A DNA stretch of 64,000 bases from an uncultured Actinomycetota bacterium (GCA_963758615.1 CAVWVZ010000011.1:302369-366368); one strand, 5' to 3'; shown: positions 1 through 8,780, numbered from the stretch's first letter. The notes: generated from the letters alone by a model not told the origin. Numbers and translations are program-made.

Positions 1-203
1 CCTCGATCCAATCGACGGCGTCGTCCTGGAGGAAGGAGACCGGTCGCACCGCGCTCATCGACCGACGATGCATCAGTCGCCACGGTGCCGCCCGCACGAC
101 GGATCTCAGCCGCGACCTCGGCCGGCAACTCTTCGCCGTTGTGCGCGATCAGCCATTCCCTCGTCGAGGGCTGCAGTCTCGGCCACCAGTTCTCGATGCC
201 CAT
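1..203 (-). CDS. Small hypothetical protein, 3' end outside the window, apparent +1 frameshift near 35
   Basis: ATG at 203 lies just after the SRAP stop (206-208). It reads MGIENWWPRLQPSTREWLIAHNGEELPAEV; removing one base near 35 continues as FLQDDAVDWIE, resembling a small actinobacterial hypothetical protein as I recall it. Confidence 0.45.
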   Translation of the reverse strand, partial: MGIENWWPRLQPSTREWLIAHNGEELPAEVAAEIRRAGGTVATDASSVDERGATGLLPPGRRRRLDR

Positions 204-205
204 GG

Positions 206-923
206 TCAAGGGTTGCTCTCCTCGAGTGGCTCGATGAGGGTCGGATCGGTGGTGTCGATGCGCCGCTGGTTGTTCACGCGCGGATCCACCTCGTACTCGG
301 TGATCGTCGGCGCGACCCGATCGGATGACTCGATCAGGAAGTCGACCATCGCCTGCATGCCGCCCGCGTCGAGCTTGGTGGGGTCGAGGTAGTGGTCGAC
401 CGCGTCGAGCGGGAGGTAGACCGGCATCCGATCGTGGATCTCACCGCTCGCGTCGCGCGCCTCGCGGGTGATGATCGACGTCGAGACCTCCCAGCTGCCG
501 TCGTCGAGCTTGCGCGCCGTCGAGATGCCGGCCGCCGCGAGCAGGTCGTCCTGCCCGCGCAGGAAATGCGCCTGCTTGTGACCGGGTTCACCCGTCCACT
601 CGTAGTAGCCGTGCATCGGCACGATGCATCGGCCCGACGCGAACGCGCCCTTCCACAGGCCGTTCGTGGAGACGCTCTCGATGCGAGCTGTTGAACTGCG
701 GCCGCTTCGAGTCGCGCATGAATGCCGGATGGAAGTTCCACACCGCCGGCTCGAGCCGGCGCACGAATTCACCGGTCTCGGAGTCGGGTCGCTCGCGCAC
801 GATCGGCACGGTGTCGGTCGGCGCGAGGCTGAAACGAGGCTCCCAGTCCTCGTAGTCGTTCTCGGCGTCGAACACTTCGGTCAGGTCGGTGACCTTCTGC
901 GAGACGACGAACCTTCCGCACAT
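206..923 (-). pseudogene. SOS response-associated peptidase (SRAP/HMCES family), +1 frameshift at ~689 (probably a sequencing error)
   Basis: The N-terminus MCGRF (ATG 923) is the SRAP signature. The second frame supplies ARIESV...CIVPMHGYYEW...IITREA...IHDRMPV. Removing T689 restores QFNARIES. Confidence 0.88.
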
Positions 924-998
924 GGCAACTCCTCCGAGGTGCTCCGAGTCCTCCGGCCAGCTTTCCATGCCCCGGCGACCGTCGCCACCGCCATGTCG

Positions 999-2483
999 TC
1001 AGCGTTCATCCGGGGACTGGGATTCCGGCCCGAACCAGCGCGTGAGCGCGTCGGTGAGTGATTCGCCGGTTCCGGGATCGACCCATGCCACGTGACCGTC
1101 GGGCCGGACGAGTACCGCCGTCGGAGCTGCGATCTCCCCCAGTACCGGCAATTCCCACGCGCCGGTGAACCGCACGTCGAGGGCACGCACTCGGTCGCCC
1201 CAGGGCGAGATGTCGAGGCGCCCCGGACCCGCGAAGTCGAGGAGCACCGGTCTGGCCTCGTGCAGCAGCGCGTAGACCCGAGTGGGGCCCCGCGAGGTGT
1301 CGAGGTCCAGGTCCGGCATCCGTCGTCCAAGAAGCGGATGTCCCTCCCCCAGGTCGTAGACGACGTCCAGGCCGTGGATGAGCCCGGCGATCCGTCTGCG
1401 GGCCGGGGCCGTCGTCATGAGGTCGTTGATGATCTCGTCCAGCGCAATGGTTCGTGGGTCGGCGCGCTGGAGGACCGTCTGCGCCATCGAGAGCCTGAGC
1501 GCCCGTGCTCCCGCAGGGTGCCGCTCGGCGTGGTAGGTGTCCAGCAGCGACTGCGGCGAGACGCCATTGACGACCTGGGCGAGCTTCCACCCCAGGTTGA
1601 CGGCGTCCTGGATGCCCAAGCCGATCCCCTGACCGCCGGCGGGATAGTGGATGTGCGCCGCATCGCCGGCGAGCAGCACGCGCCCGTTCCGGTACGCCGC
1701 AGCCTGGCGAGTGGCGTCGGTGAACCGCGAGATCGACGTCGCGTCGTGGACACCGAAGTCGGTTCCGAAGACCGATGTGAGCGCGCTGCTGAGATCGGAA
1801 AGCGTGGGGTCGATCGCCGGCCCGATCCGTGGTTCGGTCGTGACGACCCGATAGGTGTGCCCATCCGGCATCAGATGGAGCGCGTGCACACCTGTCTCGT
1901 CCTGGACGAAGCCGGGCGGAGGCTCCTGGGTGACTTCGACCTCGGCGATGAGGTTGCTGCGCGTCGCGTCCCAACCGGGGAACTCGATGCCGGCCGCCTT
2001 GCGGATCACGCTGCGGCCGCCGTCAGCCCCGACGAGGTACTTCGCCCGCGTCGTCTCACCGTGACCGAACGCAACGTCGACGCCGCTCTCGTCCTGGACG
2101 AAGCCGGTCACCTCGCGACCGTGCTCGACTCGGACCCCGAGCCGCTCGATCCAGTCCGCGAGGATCGGCTCGATACGGTTCTGCCACAGAGCCAGCCCAT
2201 AGGGGTGCCGTGTCGGAAAGTCGCTGATGTCCAACACGGCTGTGCCGAACCTCGCCGTCTGCGCGATCTGCCCTTCCGCGATGAACCGATCCGCGATCCC
2301 GCGCTGGTCGAGGATCTCGATGGTGCGCGAGTGGAATCCCCCTGCGCGGGACCCCGCCAGGTCCGACGTCGCGCGACGCTCCATCACCGCCACATCGATG
2401 CCCGCCAACGCGAGCTCACCGGCCAGCATCATCCCGGTCGGCCCGCTGCCCACCACGATCACCTCAGCCACAGCAACCCCCAT
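999..2483 (-). CDS. FAD-dependent monooxygenase, rifampin monooxygenase (Rox)-like / PheA-TfdB family
   Basis: GxGxxG (VVGSGPTG), ADGGRS, GDAAHIHYPAGGQG and C-terminal VRPDGHVAW motifs; Rox-like segments SRAGGFHSRTIEILDQRG, GTDFGVH and SRFTDATRQA. The start could be 2493 if the C run at 2477-2481 has one extra base. Confidence 0.85.
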   Translation of the reverse strand: MGVAVAEVIVVGSGPTGMMLAGELALAGIDVAVMERRATSDLAGSRAGGFHSRTIEILDQRGIADRFIAEGQIAQTARFGTAVLDISDFPTRHPYGLALWQNRIEPILADWIERLGVRVEHGREVTGFVQDESGVDVAFGHGETTRAKYLVGADGGRSVIRKAAGIEFPGWDATRSNLIAEVEVTQEPPPGFVQDETGVHALHLMPDGHTYRVVTTEPRIGPAIDPTLSDLSSALTSVFGTDFGVHDATSISRFTDATRQAAAYRNGRVLLAGDAAHIHYPAGGQGIGLGIQDAVNLGWKLAQVVNGVSPQSLLDTYHAERHPAGARALRLSMAQTVLQRADPRTIALDEIINDLMTTAPARRRIAGLIHGLDVVYDLGEGHPLLGRRMPDLDLDTSRGPTRVYALLHEARPVLLDFAGPGRLDISPWGDRVRALDVRFTGAWELPVLGEIAAPTAVLVRPDGHVAWVDPGTGESLTDALTRWFGPESQSPDER

Positions 2484-2519
2484 CGTCGCCCATCGACGGA
2501 ACAGCGTATTCGGCACCAG

Positions 2520-2538
2520 GGGGCTTGCGGCAAGACCC
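2520..2538. promoter_or_regulatory. Rifamycin-associated element (RAE)-like 19-bp inverted repeat overlapping a -35, with a 19-bp spacer to the -10
   Basis: GGGGCTTGCGGCAAGACCC is one mismatch from the RAE as I recall it (GGGGCTTGCGGCAAGGCCC). On the minus strand TTGCCG (2533-2528), N19, TACGCT (2508-2503) points to the monooxygenase. Confidence 0.75.
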
Positions 2539-2603
2539 CCTCGCCGCAATATCCTGAGAATGGCGAGGGCGACGGCCGCCGACGCGCAGTGCAGACTGGT
2601 CGT

Positions 2604-3689
2604 GTGAGCCAGGGCAGTCACTCATGGGTACTGCACGTCGACCTCGACCAGTTCATCGCGGCGGTCGAGGTGCTGCGGCATCCCGAACTCGCCGGCAAGC
2701 CGCTGATCGTCGGCGGCCGGGGCGATCCGACCGAGCGGGCCGTGGTCTCGACGGCCTCCTACGAGGCTCGCGAGTTCGGCGTCGGCTCGGGCATGCCGTT
2801 GCGCATCGCGGCTCGAAAGGCGCCCGAGGCGGTGATCCTTCCCGTCGACCATGAGGCGTACCTCGCGGCATCCGACGCGGTCATGGCGACCCTTCGCGTG
2901 CAGCCGGGGGCGGTCGTGCAGGTGCTGGGCTGGGACGAGGCGTTCGTCGGCGTGCAGACCGACGCGCCCGAGGACTATGCGCGTGCGTTGCAGGGAGCGG
3001 TTCTCGATCGCACCCGCCTGCACTGCAGCGTGGGCATCGGCGACACGCTCGTGCGGGCCAAGGTCGCGACGGGGTTCGGCAAGCCCCAGGGCGTGTTCCG
3101 GCTCACCGCCGAGAACTGGCTCGAGGTGATGGGGCACCGGCCGACGATCGAGCTGTGGGGTGTCGGCACGAAGATCTCGCGCCGCCTGGCCGCGATCGGC
3201 ATCACGACGGTCGCCGAGTTGGCCGCCGCCGACCCCGAAGGCGACGGCCTCGTCGCCGAGTTCGGCCCGCGTATGGGCCCGTGGTACGCCCAGCTCGGGA
3301 GGGGCGACGGCGCACGCATCGTCGACGACACCCCGTGGGTCGCTCGCGGCCACAGCCGCGAGACGACCTACCAGCACGACCTCACCGAGGTCTCGCAGAT
3401 CGAGGAGGCGATCCGCGAGCTGGCCGCCCAGGTGCTCGCGGATGTCGCAGCCGAGGGTCGCCCGGTTGTCGGACTCGCGCTCAAGGTGCGGTACGCGCCG
3501 TTCATCACCAAGACGTTCACGAAGAAGGTGGCCGAGACGTTCGACCGCGAGCTCGTGATGTCGCGCGTGATGGAGCTCGTGGCGCGCATCGAACCCGACC
3601 GGCCGGTGCGGCTGCTCGGGTTGCGGGCCGAGATGCGCATGCCCGAGGAGTCTCGTGATGGGCACACGCCGACCCGCAGTGGGTGGTGA
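2604..3689 (+). CDS. dinB: DNA polymerase IV (Y-family DinB)
   Basis: LHVDLDQFIAAVE, STASYEAREFGVGSGMP, LGWDEAF, AKVATGFGKPQG and little-finger RPVRLLGLR; probable leaderless GTG at 2604 after CAGACT. Confidence 0.93.
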   Translation: MSQGSHSWVLHVDLDQFIAAVEVLRHPELAGKPLIVGGRGDPTERAVVSTASYEAREFGVGSGMPLRIAARKAPEAVILPVDHEAYLAASDAVMATLRVQPGAVVQVLGWDEAFVGVQTDAPEDYARALQGAVLDRTRLHCSVGIGDTLVRAKVATGFGKPQGVFRLTAENWLEVMGHRPTIELWGVGTKISRRLAAIGITTVAELAAADPEGDGLVAEFGPRMGPWYAQLGRGDGARIVDDTPWVARGHSRETTYQHDLTEVSQIEEAIRELAAQVLADVAAEGRPVVGLALKVRYAPFITKTFTKKVAETFDRELVMSRVMELVARIEPDRPVRLLGLRAEMRMPEESRDGHTPTRSGW

Positions 3690-3743
3690 GCGTGCCGGTG
3701 ACGCCTGACCGTGGGCGCGTGCGCGTGGTCGCGGGGTGCCCGC

Positions 3744-5840
3744 CTACGCCCGTGCGGCGTTCGTCACCTTCACATAACGGTCGGGGGTGATCGTGAGTTC
3801 GGCCTGCCCGCCGGTCATCGAGCGCAGGTCGAGCACGTATCGCCCGAGCTCGGCCTCGGGCACGCTCGCCACCACACGGGCCCGGCCGTCGTCGGCCGTC
3901 TCGGTCGCGCTCACCCGGCCGCGGCGGCCCGAGAGGTCGGTCAGCACGGTGCCCTGCAGCTCTGCCGGCACGGTGACGGTGACGATCGACACCGGCTCGA
4001 GCATGACCGTGCCCGCCTCGGCCAGCGCCGCCTTCACCCCGATCGACGCGGCCGTGCGGAAGGCCATCTCCGAGGAATCCACCGAGTGCGACTTGCCGTC
4101 GTAGAGCTCGACGCGCACGTCGACGACGGGATGTCCGTGCGGCCCGCCGCCCGCGAGCGCATCCCGCGCGCCCTTCTCGACGGCCGGGATGTAGCTGCGG
4201 GGCACCGAGCCGCCGACCACGGAGTCGACGAACTCGAACCCCTCGCCCGGCTTCAGCGGCGAGACGCGCAACTGCACCACGGCGAATTGCCCATGCCCGC
4301 CCGACTGCTTCTTGAGCTTGCCCTCGACGTCGGCGCTGCCCGCGATCGTCTCACGGTAGGCCACGGGCGCGGGCCCGGTGTTGACGTGCACTCCGAAGAC
4401 TCGGGCGAGACGCTCGACGGCGACCTCGACGTGCATGTCACCGAGGCCGCGCAGGATCGTCTGGTCGCCGGCACGGTCGATGACGAGGGTCGGGTCCTCG
4501 GCGACGAGCCGCGCGAGCGCCGTCGACATCTTCTCGTCGTCGGACTGGGTCGCCGGCGTGAGGCTCACCGCGAACACGGCGGGGCGCGTCGGCAGCGCGG
4601 CCGGGCGGGCGGCGCCGCTCGTGCGCGACCAGAGCAGCGTCCCCGACGGGGAGCCCGTCAGCTTCGCGACGGCGCCGACCTCGCCCGCGCGCAGCGCCCC
4701 CACCTGAAGGTGCTCGGCGCCGCGCAGCTGGAAGAGCCCGTGGATGCGCTCGTCGGTGCCGGTGGTGGCGTTGTGGAGCCGGTCGCTCGGGTGCAGCACG
4801 CCCGAGAGCACCTTGAGCATCGAGACCTGCCCGACGAACGGGTCGGCCACGGTGCGGAAGACGTATACGAGCGGTTCGCCGTCGGGGTTCGGGGCGACCC
4901 GGAGCTCAGCGCCGCCGCCGGTTCCGGTGCCGGCCCCGTTCGAACCCTTCGCCGCGCCGCCGACCACGATCCGCGCTTCGCGCTCGAGGGCGGAGGGCGC
5001 CAGCTCGCAGATCAGGTCCGCCACCCGGTCGACGCCCGTGCCGGTCACTCCCGAGCAGACGACCACGGGCACCGCGCCACCCGACGCGACCTCGCGGGCC
5101 AGGGTGCGCTCGAGCTCCGCCGGGGACGGCTCGTTGCCCTCGAGGTAGGCCTCGAGCTGCTCGTCGTCGTGCGAGACGATCTCTTCAGTCACGTCGAGGT
5201 GCATCTGGTGCTCCTCGGCTTCGGCGTCGGCCGGCATCGGCCCGTCGCGATGGCGGCCGGAATCGTCGTACTCGAGCGCCTGCTCGCTGAGCACGTCGGC
5301 GATGCCGTGGAACGCCTGCTCCTCGCCGAGCGGCAGTTCGAGCGGCCACAGGTGATCGCCGAAGGCCGCCCGCAGCTCGCCCAGCACGCGATGGAAGTCC
5401 GCCCGCGTCTTGTCCTCCTGAGTGATCACGACCAGGCGAGGCAGACCCGCCGCCTCTGCCGCCGACCATACGAACCGGGTGCCCGCCGTGACACCGTCGA
5501 CCGCGCTCACGACCACCACTGCGACATCCGCCACCGCCAACGCGACATCGACCCCGCCGACGAAATCCGACCGTCCGGGCGTATCGGCCAGCGTGATCGT
5601 GCACTCGCCGGCGGCGCCCGGGGGCGTCCAGGCGAAGTGGGCAAGCGAAAGCCCGAGGGACGTTCCCCGGGCGATCTCTTCAGGCTCGTGGTCGCAGACC
5701 GTGGTGCCCTGTTCGACACTGCCCGCCCGCGGGATGGCCCCGGCGCGGTGCAGCAGCGCTTCGGCGAGCGTGGTCTTGCCCGCAGCCGCCGCGCCAACGA
5801 GGGCGACGGTGCGGTGGGTCGAGGTGGGTACCGAGTTCAT
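3744..5840 (-). CDS. Elongation factor G-like GTPase (EF-G2 type, not housekeeping fusA)
   Basis: G1 GAAAAGKTT, G3 DTPG, EDPTL, GLGDMHVEV, domain IV KKQSGGHGQFA and DGKSHSVDSSEMAF, domain V MLEP...DLSGRRG. GGAGG RBS before ATG 5840; not in an rpsL-rpsG-tuf operon. Confidence 0.9.
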   Translation of the reverse strand: MNSVPTSTHRTVALVGAAAAGKTTLAEALLHRAGAIPRAGSVEQGTTVCDHEPEEIARGTSLGLSLAHFAWTPPGAAGECTITLADTPGRSDFVGGVDVALAVADVAVVVVSAVDGVTAGTRFVWSAAEAAGLPRLVVITQEDKTRADFHRVLGELRAAFGDHLWPLELPLGEEQAFHGIADVLSEQALEYDDSGRHRDGPMPADAEAEEHQMHLDVTEEIVSHDDEQLEAYLEGNEPSPAELERTLAREVASGGAVPVVVCSGVTGTGVDRVADLICELAPSALEREARIVVGGAAKGSNGAGTGTGGGAELRVAPNPDGEPLVYVFRTVADPFVGQVSMLKVLSGVLHPSDRLHNATTGTDERIHGLFQLRGAEHLQVGALRAGEVGAVAKLTGSPSGTLLWSRTSGAARPAALPTRPAVFAVSLTPATQSDDEKMSTALARLVAEDPTLVIDRAGDQTILRGLGDMHVEVAVERLARVFGVHVNTGPAPVAYRETIAGSADVEGKLKKQSGGHGQFAVVQLRVSPLKPGEGFEFVDSVVGGSVPRSYIPAVEKGARDALAGGGPHGHPVVDVRVELYDGKSHSVDSSEMAFRTAASIGVKAALAEAGTVMLEPVSIVTVTVPAELQGTVLTDLSGRRGRVSATETADDGRARVVASVPEAELGRYVLDLRSMTGGQAELTITPDRYVKVTNAARA

Positions 5841-6055
5841 GGGGCCTCCCGCGCCGGTGCGGATCCGTGCATCCATCGTCTACCTGTCGGGGCGCGATTA
5901 CCAGAGGGAAGGCGGCGCTCGGCGCTGGGTTTGGTGCTGGGTTGGGTGCCTCCTGTGGAGTCTTCCGCGGCCCGTTCGACGGCGAACGGATGTCTCGAGC
6001 TGCGGATGTCCCGTTGCCCGTGACTTGTCCTCCACAGGCGGCGTGCTCGAGGGAG

Positions 6056-6064
6056 TTGTCCACA
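6056..6064 (+). promoter_or_regulatory. DnaA-box-like TTGTCCACA upstream of the DUF222/HNH gene
   Basis: Exact TTGTCCACA; related CTCCACAG at 6030-6037 and its inverse CTGTGGAG at 5953-5960. Confidence 0.4.
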
Positions 6065-6109
6065 GTCAGAACTGCTGATCAGGGATCGGAATTTCCATGG
6101 CAAGCCGAA

Positions 6110-6131
6110 TGTCAGTGGGTGGGTACAGGAT
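6110..6131 (+). promoter_or_regulatory. PafBC / RecA-NDp-type DNA-damage promoter, leaderless
   Basis: TGTCAGTG-N8-CAGGAT versus consensus TGTCRgtg-N8-TAnnnT; ATG follows 6 nt later at 6138. Confidence 0.6.
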
Positions 6132-6137
6132 CGAAGC

Positions 6138-7592
6138 ATGGAGCAACCGCTGCACCCGCTCCCGTGCTCGAGCGAGACCTCGATGCGCTGCGCGCGGCGT
6201 GGGCCGATTCGCTACCCGCCTTCGGTACGGTCGCCGGCACAACTCAAGTCGAGGTCGAGCAGATGAGTGATTCGCGGGCCTCGTGCGGGTCACCGACCTG
6301 CTGGCGCAGAGTGCGTCGTGACGCCGAGGCCGTTGCTGGCGCGGGTCGCCGCTGAGGTCGCGCGACGCTCGGGGCCTGGAGTTCGGCGAGATCGGGCTCG
6401 CCAAGGCGCAGGGCTTCCATAACCCGGTGCGGATGATCGCCGCTTCGACCGGGTCGACCCGCGGCGATGCGGCGAAACTGATCGCCGTCGGCGTCGCGAC
6501 CGCCGAACGGCGACATTCAGCGGCGAGCGGATGCGCGTCGAAGCATCCGCACGTCGCCGCCGCACTCGAGGCCGCCGCGATCAGCGTAGATGCGGCAGCC
6601 GCGATCACGGCGATGCTCGAGCGGGTCGCGCTTCGCGCCGAACCCGGACTTGCCGAGCGTCGACTGAGCCGCGTTCGTGGGCCTGGCGCGAGCAGGTGCC
6701 CGCTCGAGACCCTGATGCGCGGTGTGCGTGAGGCCGAGGCTCGACTCGACCCGAAGGCATCGAGCCCCGCGAAGAGCTGCTCCGCAGCGACGCGTTCGCT
6801 GACGATGCGCGAGCAGGCAATGGCATGGTTCACCTGAATGCTCGGCTCGACCCCGAGACCGCCGCACCGATCAAGGCCGCGATCGAGGCGCTCGTCAGCG
6901 ACGTGCTCCGCCGGCGTGAACCCGCTGGCCCGGGCGGCGGTGCGGGCGCCGGTGCCGGGCCGGATACCGATTGCAGGAGCGGCTGGGCCCGGCGTCGAAG
7001 ACGTGCGCACGATCCCGCAGATCCAGACCGATGCACTCGCGATGCTCGCCCGCCACGCCCTCGGGTTGCACGACCGACGCTGCCGCCGCTCGCCAAGACC
7101 ACCGTCGTCGTGCGCCTGGACCTCGAGACACTGCTCGATGGATCGGCCACGCGCGCATCGACGGACTCGAACAGCCGATCCCCGCCGAGCACCGCCCGGC
7201 GCATGGCGGCTGACGCCGAACTCATCCCGGCTGTGCTGGGCAGCGACAGCGTGCCGCTCGATCTCGGCCGCGCCGCGCGATTCTTCTCCCGTGCGCAACG
7301 CCTCGCGCTCGCAGAACGCGATGGCGGTTGCGCGTCCTGCGCCCAGAACATCTGCTACGTCGACGCCCACCACATACGATTGGTGGCACCGCGACACCGG
7401 CCCGACCGACCTCGAGCAACGGCGTCATGCTCTGCAGCTTCTGCCACCACATGATCCACCGCGAAGGGTGGGGATCCGCGCAGGCCGCGAACGAAGTGTG
7501 GTTCATCCCACCCCCGCACATCGATCCCGCACGAGCCCCACGACTCGGCGGGCAGGGCACGATTCGCGCTCCCATCCGCAACCGCCGCATGA
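6138..7592 (+). pseudogene. DUF222 (13E12 repeat family) / HNH endonuclease, with more than a dozen apparent frameshifts
   Basis: Fragments across frames: LDPETAAPIKAAIEAL, TTVVVRLDLETL, ARRMAADAELIPAVLG, PLDLGRAARFFSRAQRLALAERDGGCASC, AHHI..WWHRDTGPTDL, GVMLCSFCHHMIH (HNH/Zn motif), VWFIPPPHID. Inferred stop at 7590-7592. Confidence 0.85.
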
Positions 7593-7739
7593 ACGAGCTG
7601 CGATGCCGCCCGCTCGCTCGCGGACAGCGCACGGGCACAGCAGATCGCGCGCGCCGGCGCTTGGCCGCGCTCCGACCAGCCGCGGCGCGCGGTGTAGCGG
7701 CGCGGCGGGCCCGCGACGCGGCGCCGGTAGCGTGGCAGC

Positions 7740-8780
7740 GTGCAGATCACGGTGCTCGCGGGTGGAGTCGGCGGCGCGCGCTTCGTGCGCGGCGTTCGAG
7801 AAGAGGTGCGACGGCGATGGCCCGACCCTCCGACAGGCTCAGTGCGGCGCGGAAATGACGGCGGCGAGGCATCCGTCACCGTCATCGTGAACACGGGCGA
7901 CGATCTCTGGCTGGCGGGCGTACGCCTGATGCCCGACTTCGACTCGCTGCTGTACTCGCTCGCGGGCGTGAACGACGCCGAGCGGGGCTGGGGCCGGGCG
8001 GGCGAGACCGAGCGGGTCGCCGCCGAGTTGCGCGAGTGGGGCGTGGGCTGGCCGTGGTTCACGCTCGGCGACCTCGACCTCGGCACCCATCTCGCGCGAA
8101 CGTCGTGGCTTCGCGAGGGAGCGACGCCATCGCAGGTGGCCGAACGGCTGCAGGGTCGTTGGCCGCTCGGCGTCCGGCTGATCCCCGCGACCGACACCGA
8201 GGTCGACACGCACGTGCTCGTCGCAGACCCCGAGGCACCCGACGGCGAACGGGAGCTGCACTTCCAGGAGTGGTGGACGCGCTACCGGGCGACGCTCCCG
8301 GCGCTCGCATTCCGGCAGCGGAATATCGATGAGGCGCGCCCCGCACCGGGCGTCGTCGAGGCGATCACCTCTGCCGACCTCGTGCTGTTCGCACCGTCGA
8401 ACCCGGTCGTCTCGATCGGGACGATCCTCTCCATCCCGGGCATCCGCGAAGCGCTCGCGGCGACCCGCGCGCCGGTCGTCGGCGTCTCGCCCATCATCGG
8501 CGGAAAGGTCGTGCGCGGCATGGCCGACGCATGCCTTCCGGTGATCGGCGTGGACACGTCCGCCGAGGGGGTTGGGCTGCACTACGGCTCGCGTGCGTCC
8601 GGCGGCCTCCTCGACGGCTGGCTCGTCGACGAGACGGATGCCCCAGCCGTCGCGTCACTCGAAGCAGCCGGCCTCGTCGCGACATCCGTGCCGCTCTGGA
8701 TGCGCGATCTCGACACCTCGGCCGCCCTCGCGGGCGCAGCCATCGACCTCGGTGCGGTGCTCGGGCCTTCCAACTCATGA
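7740..8780 (+). CDS. cofD: 2-phospho-L-lactate / phosphoenolpyruvate transferase CofD (FbiA)
   Basis: ITVLAGGVGGARF, VNTGDD, PDFDSLLYSLAG, WFTLGDLDLGTH, LHFQEWW, PSNPVVSIGTIL, VSPIIGG; leaderless GTG after TAGCGT. Confidence 0.95.
   Translation: MQITVLAGGVGGARFVRGVREEVRRRWPDPPTGSVRRGNDGGEASVTVIVNTGDDLWLAGVRLMPDFDSLLYSLAGVNDAERGWGRAGETERVAAELREWGVGWPWFTLGDLDLGTHLARTSWLREGATPSQVAERLQGRWPLGVRLIPATDTEVDTHVLVADPEAPDGERELHFQEWWTRYRATLPALAFRQRNIDEARPAPGVVEAITSADLVLFAPSNPVVSIGTILSIPGIREALAATRAPVVGVSPIIGGKVVRGMADACLPVIGVDTSAEGVGLHYGSRASGGLLDGWLVDETDAPAVASLEAAGLVATSVPLWMRDLDTSAALAGAAIDLGAVLGPSNS

Noticed and set aside
924-2603. LexA SOS boxes or PafBC motif upstream of SRAP or dinB
   Set aside because: No GAAC-N4-GTTC with correct spacing; TGGCGGTGG upstream of SRAP lacks a correctly placed -10.
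1092-3689. 865-aa ORF as a giant DinB fusion
   Set aside because: The first ~500 codons are the antisense shadow of the monooxygenase in stop-poor GC-rich DNA; DinB homology starts at 2604.
3744-5840. Housekeeping fusA or a TetM/TetO protection protein
   Set aside because: Not in the str operon, GTPase motifs are degenerate, and domain IV is EF-G-like (KQSGGHGQFA) rather than TetM-like.
5925-5950. G-quadruplex in the GGG/TT-rich stretch upstream of the EF-G-like gene
   Set aside because: Only three GGG tracts plus GG; unremarkable at this GC content.
3711-6023. Long antisense and alternate-frame ORFs (also 19837-22512, 33464-34519, 44309-45856 and many others)
   Set aside because: They overlap clearly recognisable genes, are Arg/Pro/Gly-rich as expected for shadow frames, and carry no motifs.
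6056-6064. Replication origin
   Set aside because: Only one perfect DnaA box, no AT-rich unwinding region and no dnaA/dnaN nearby.
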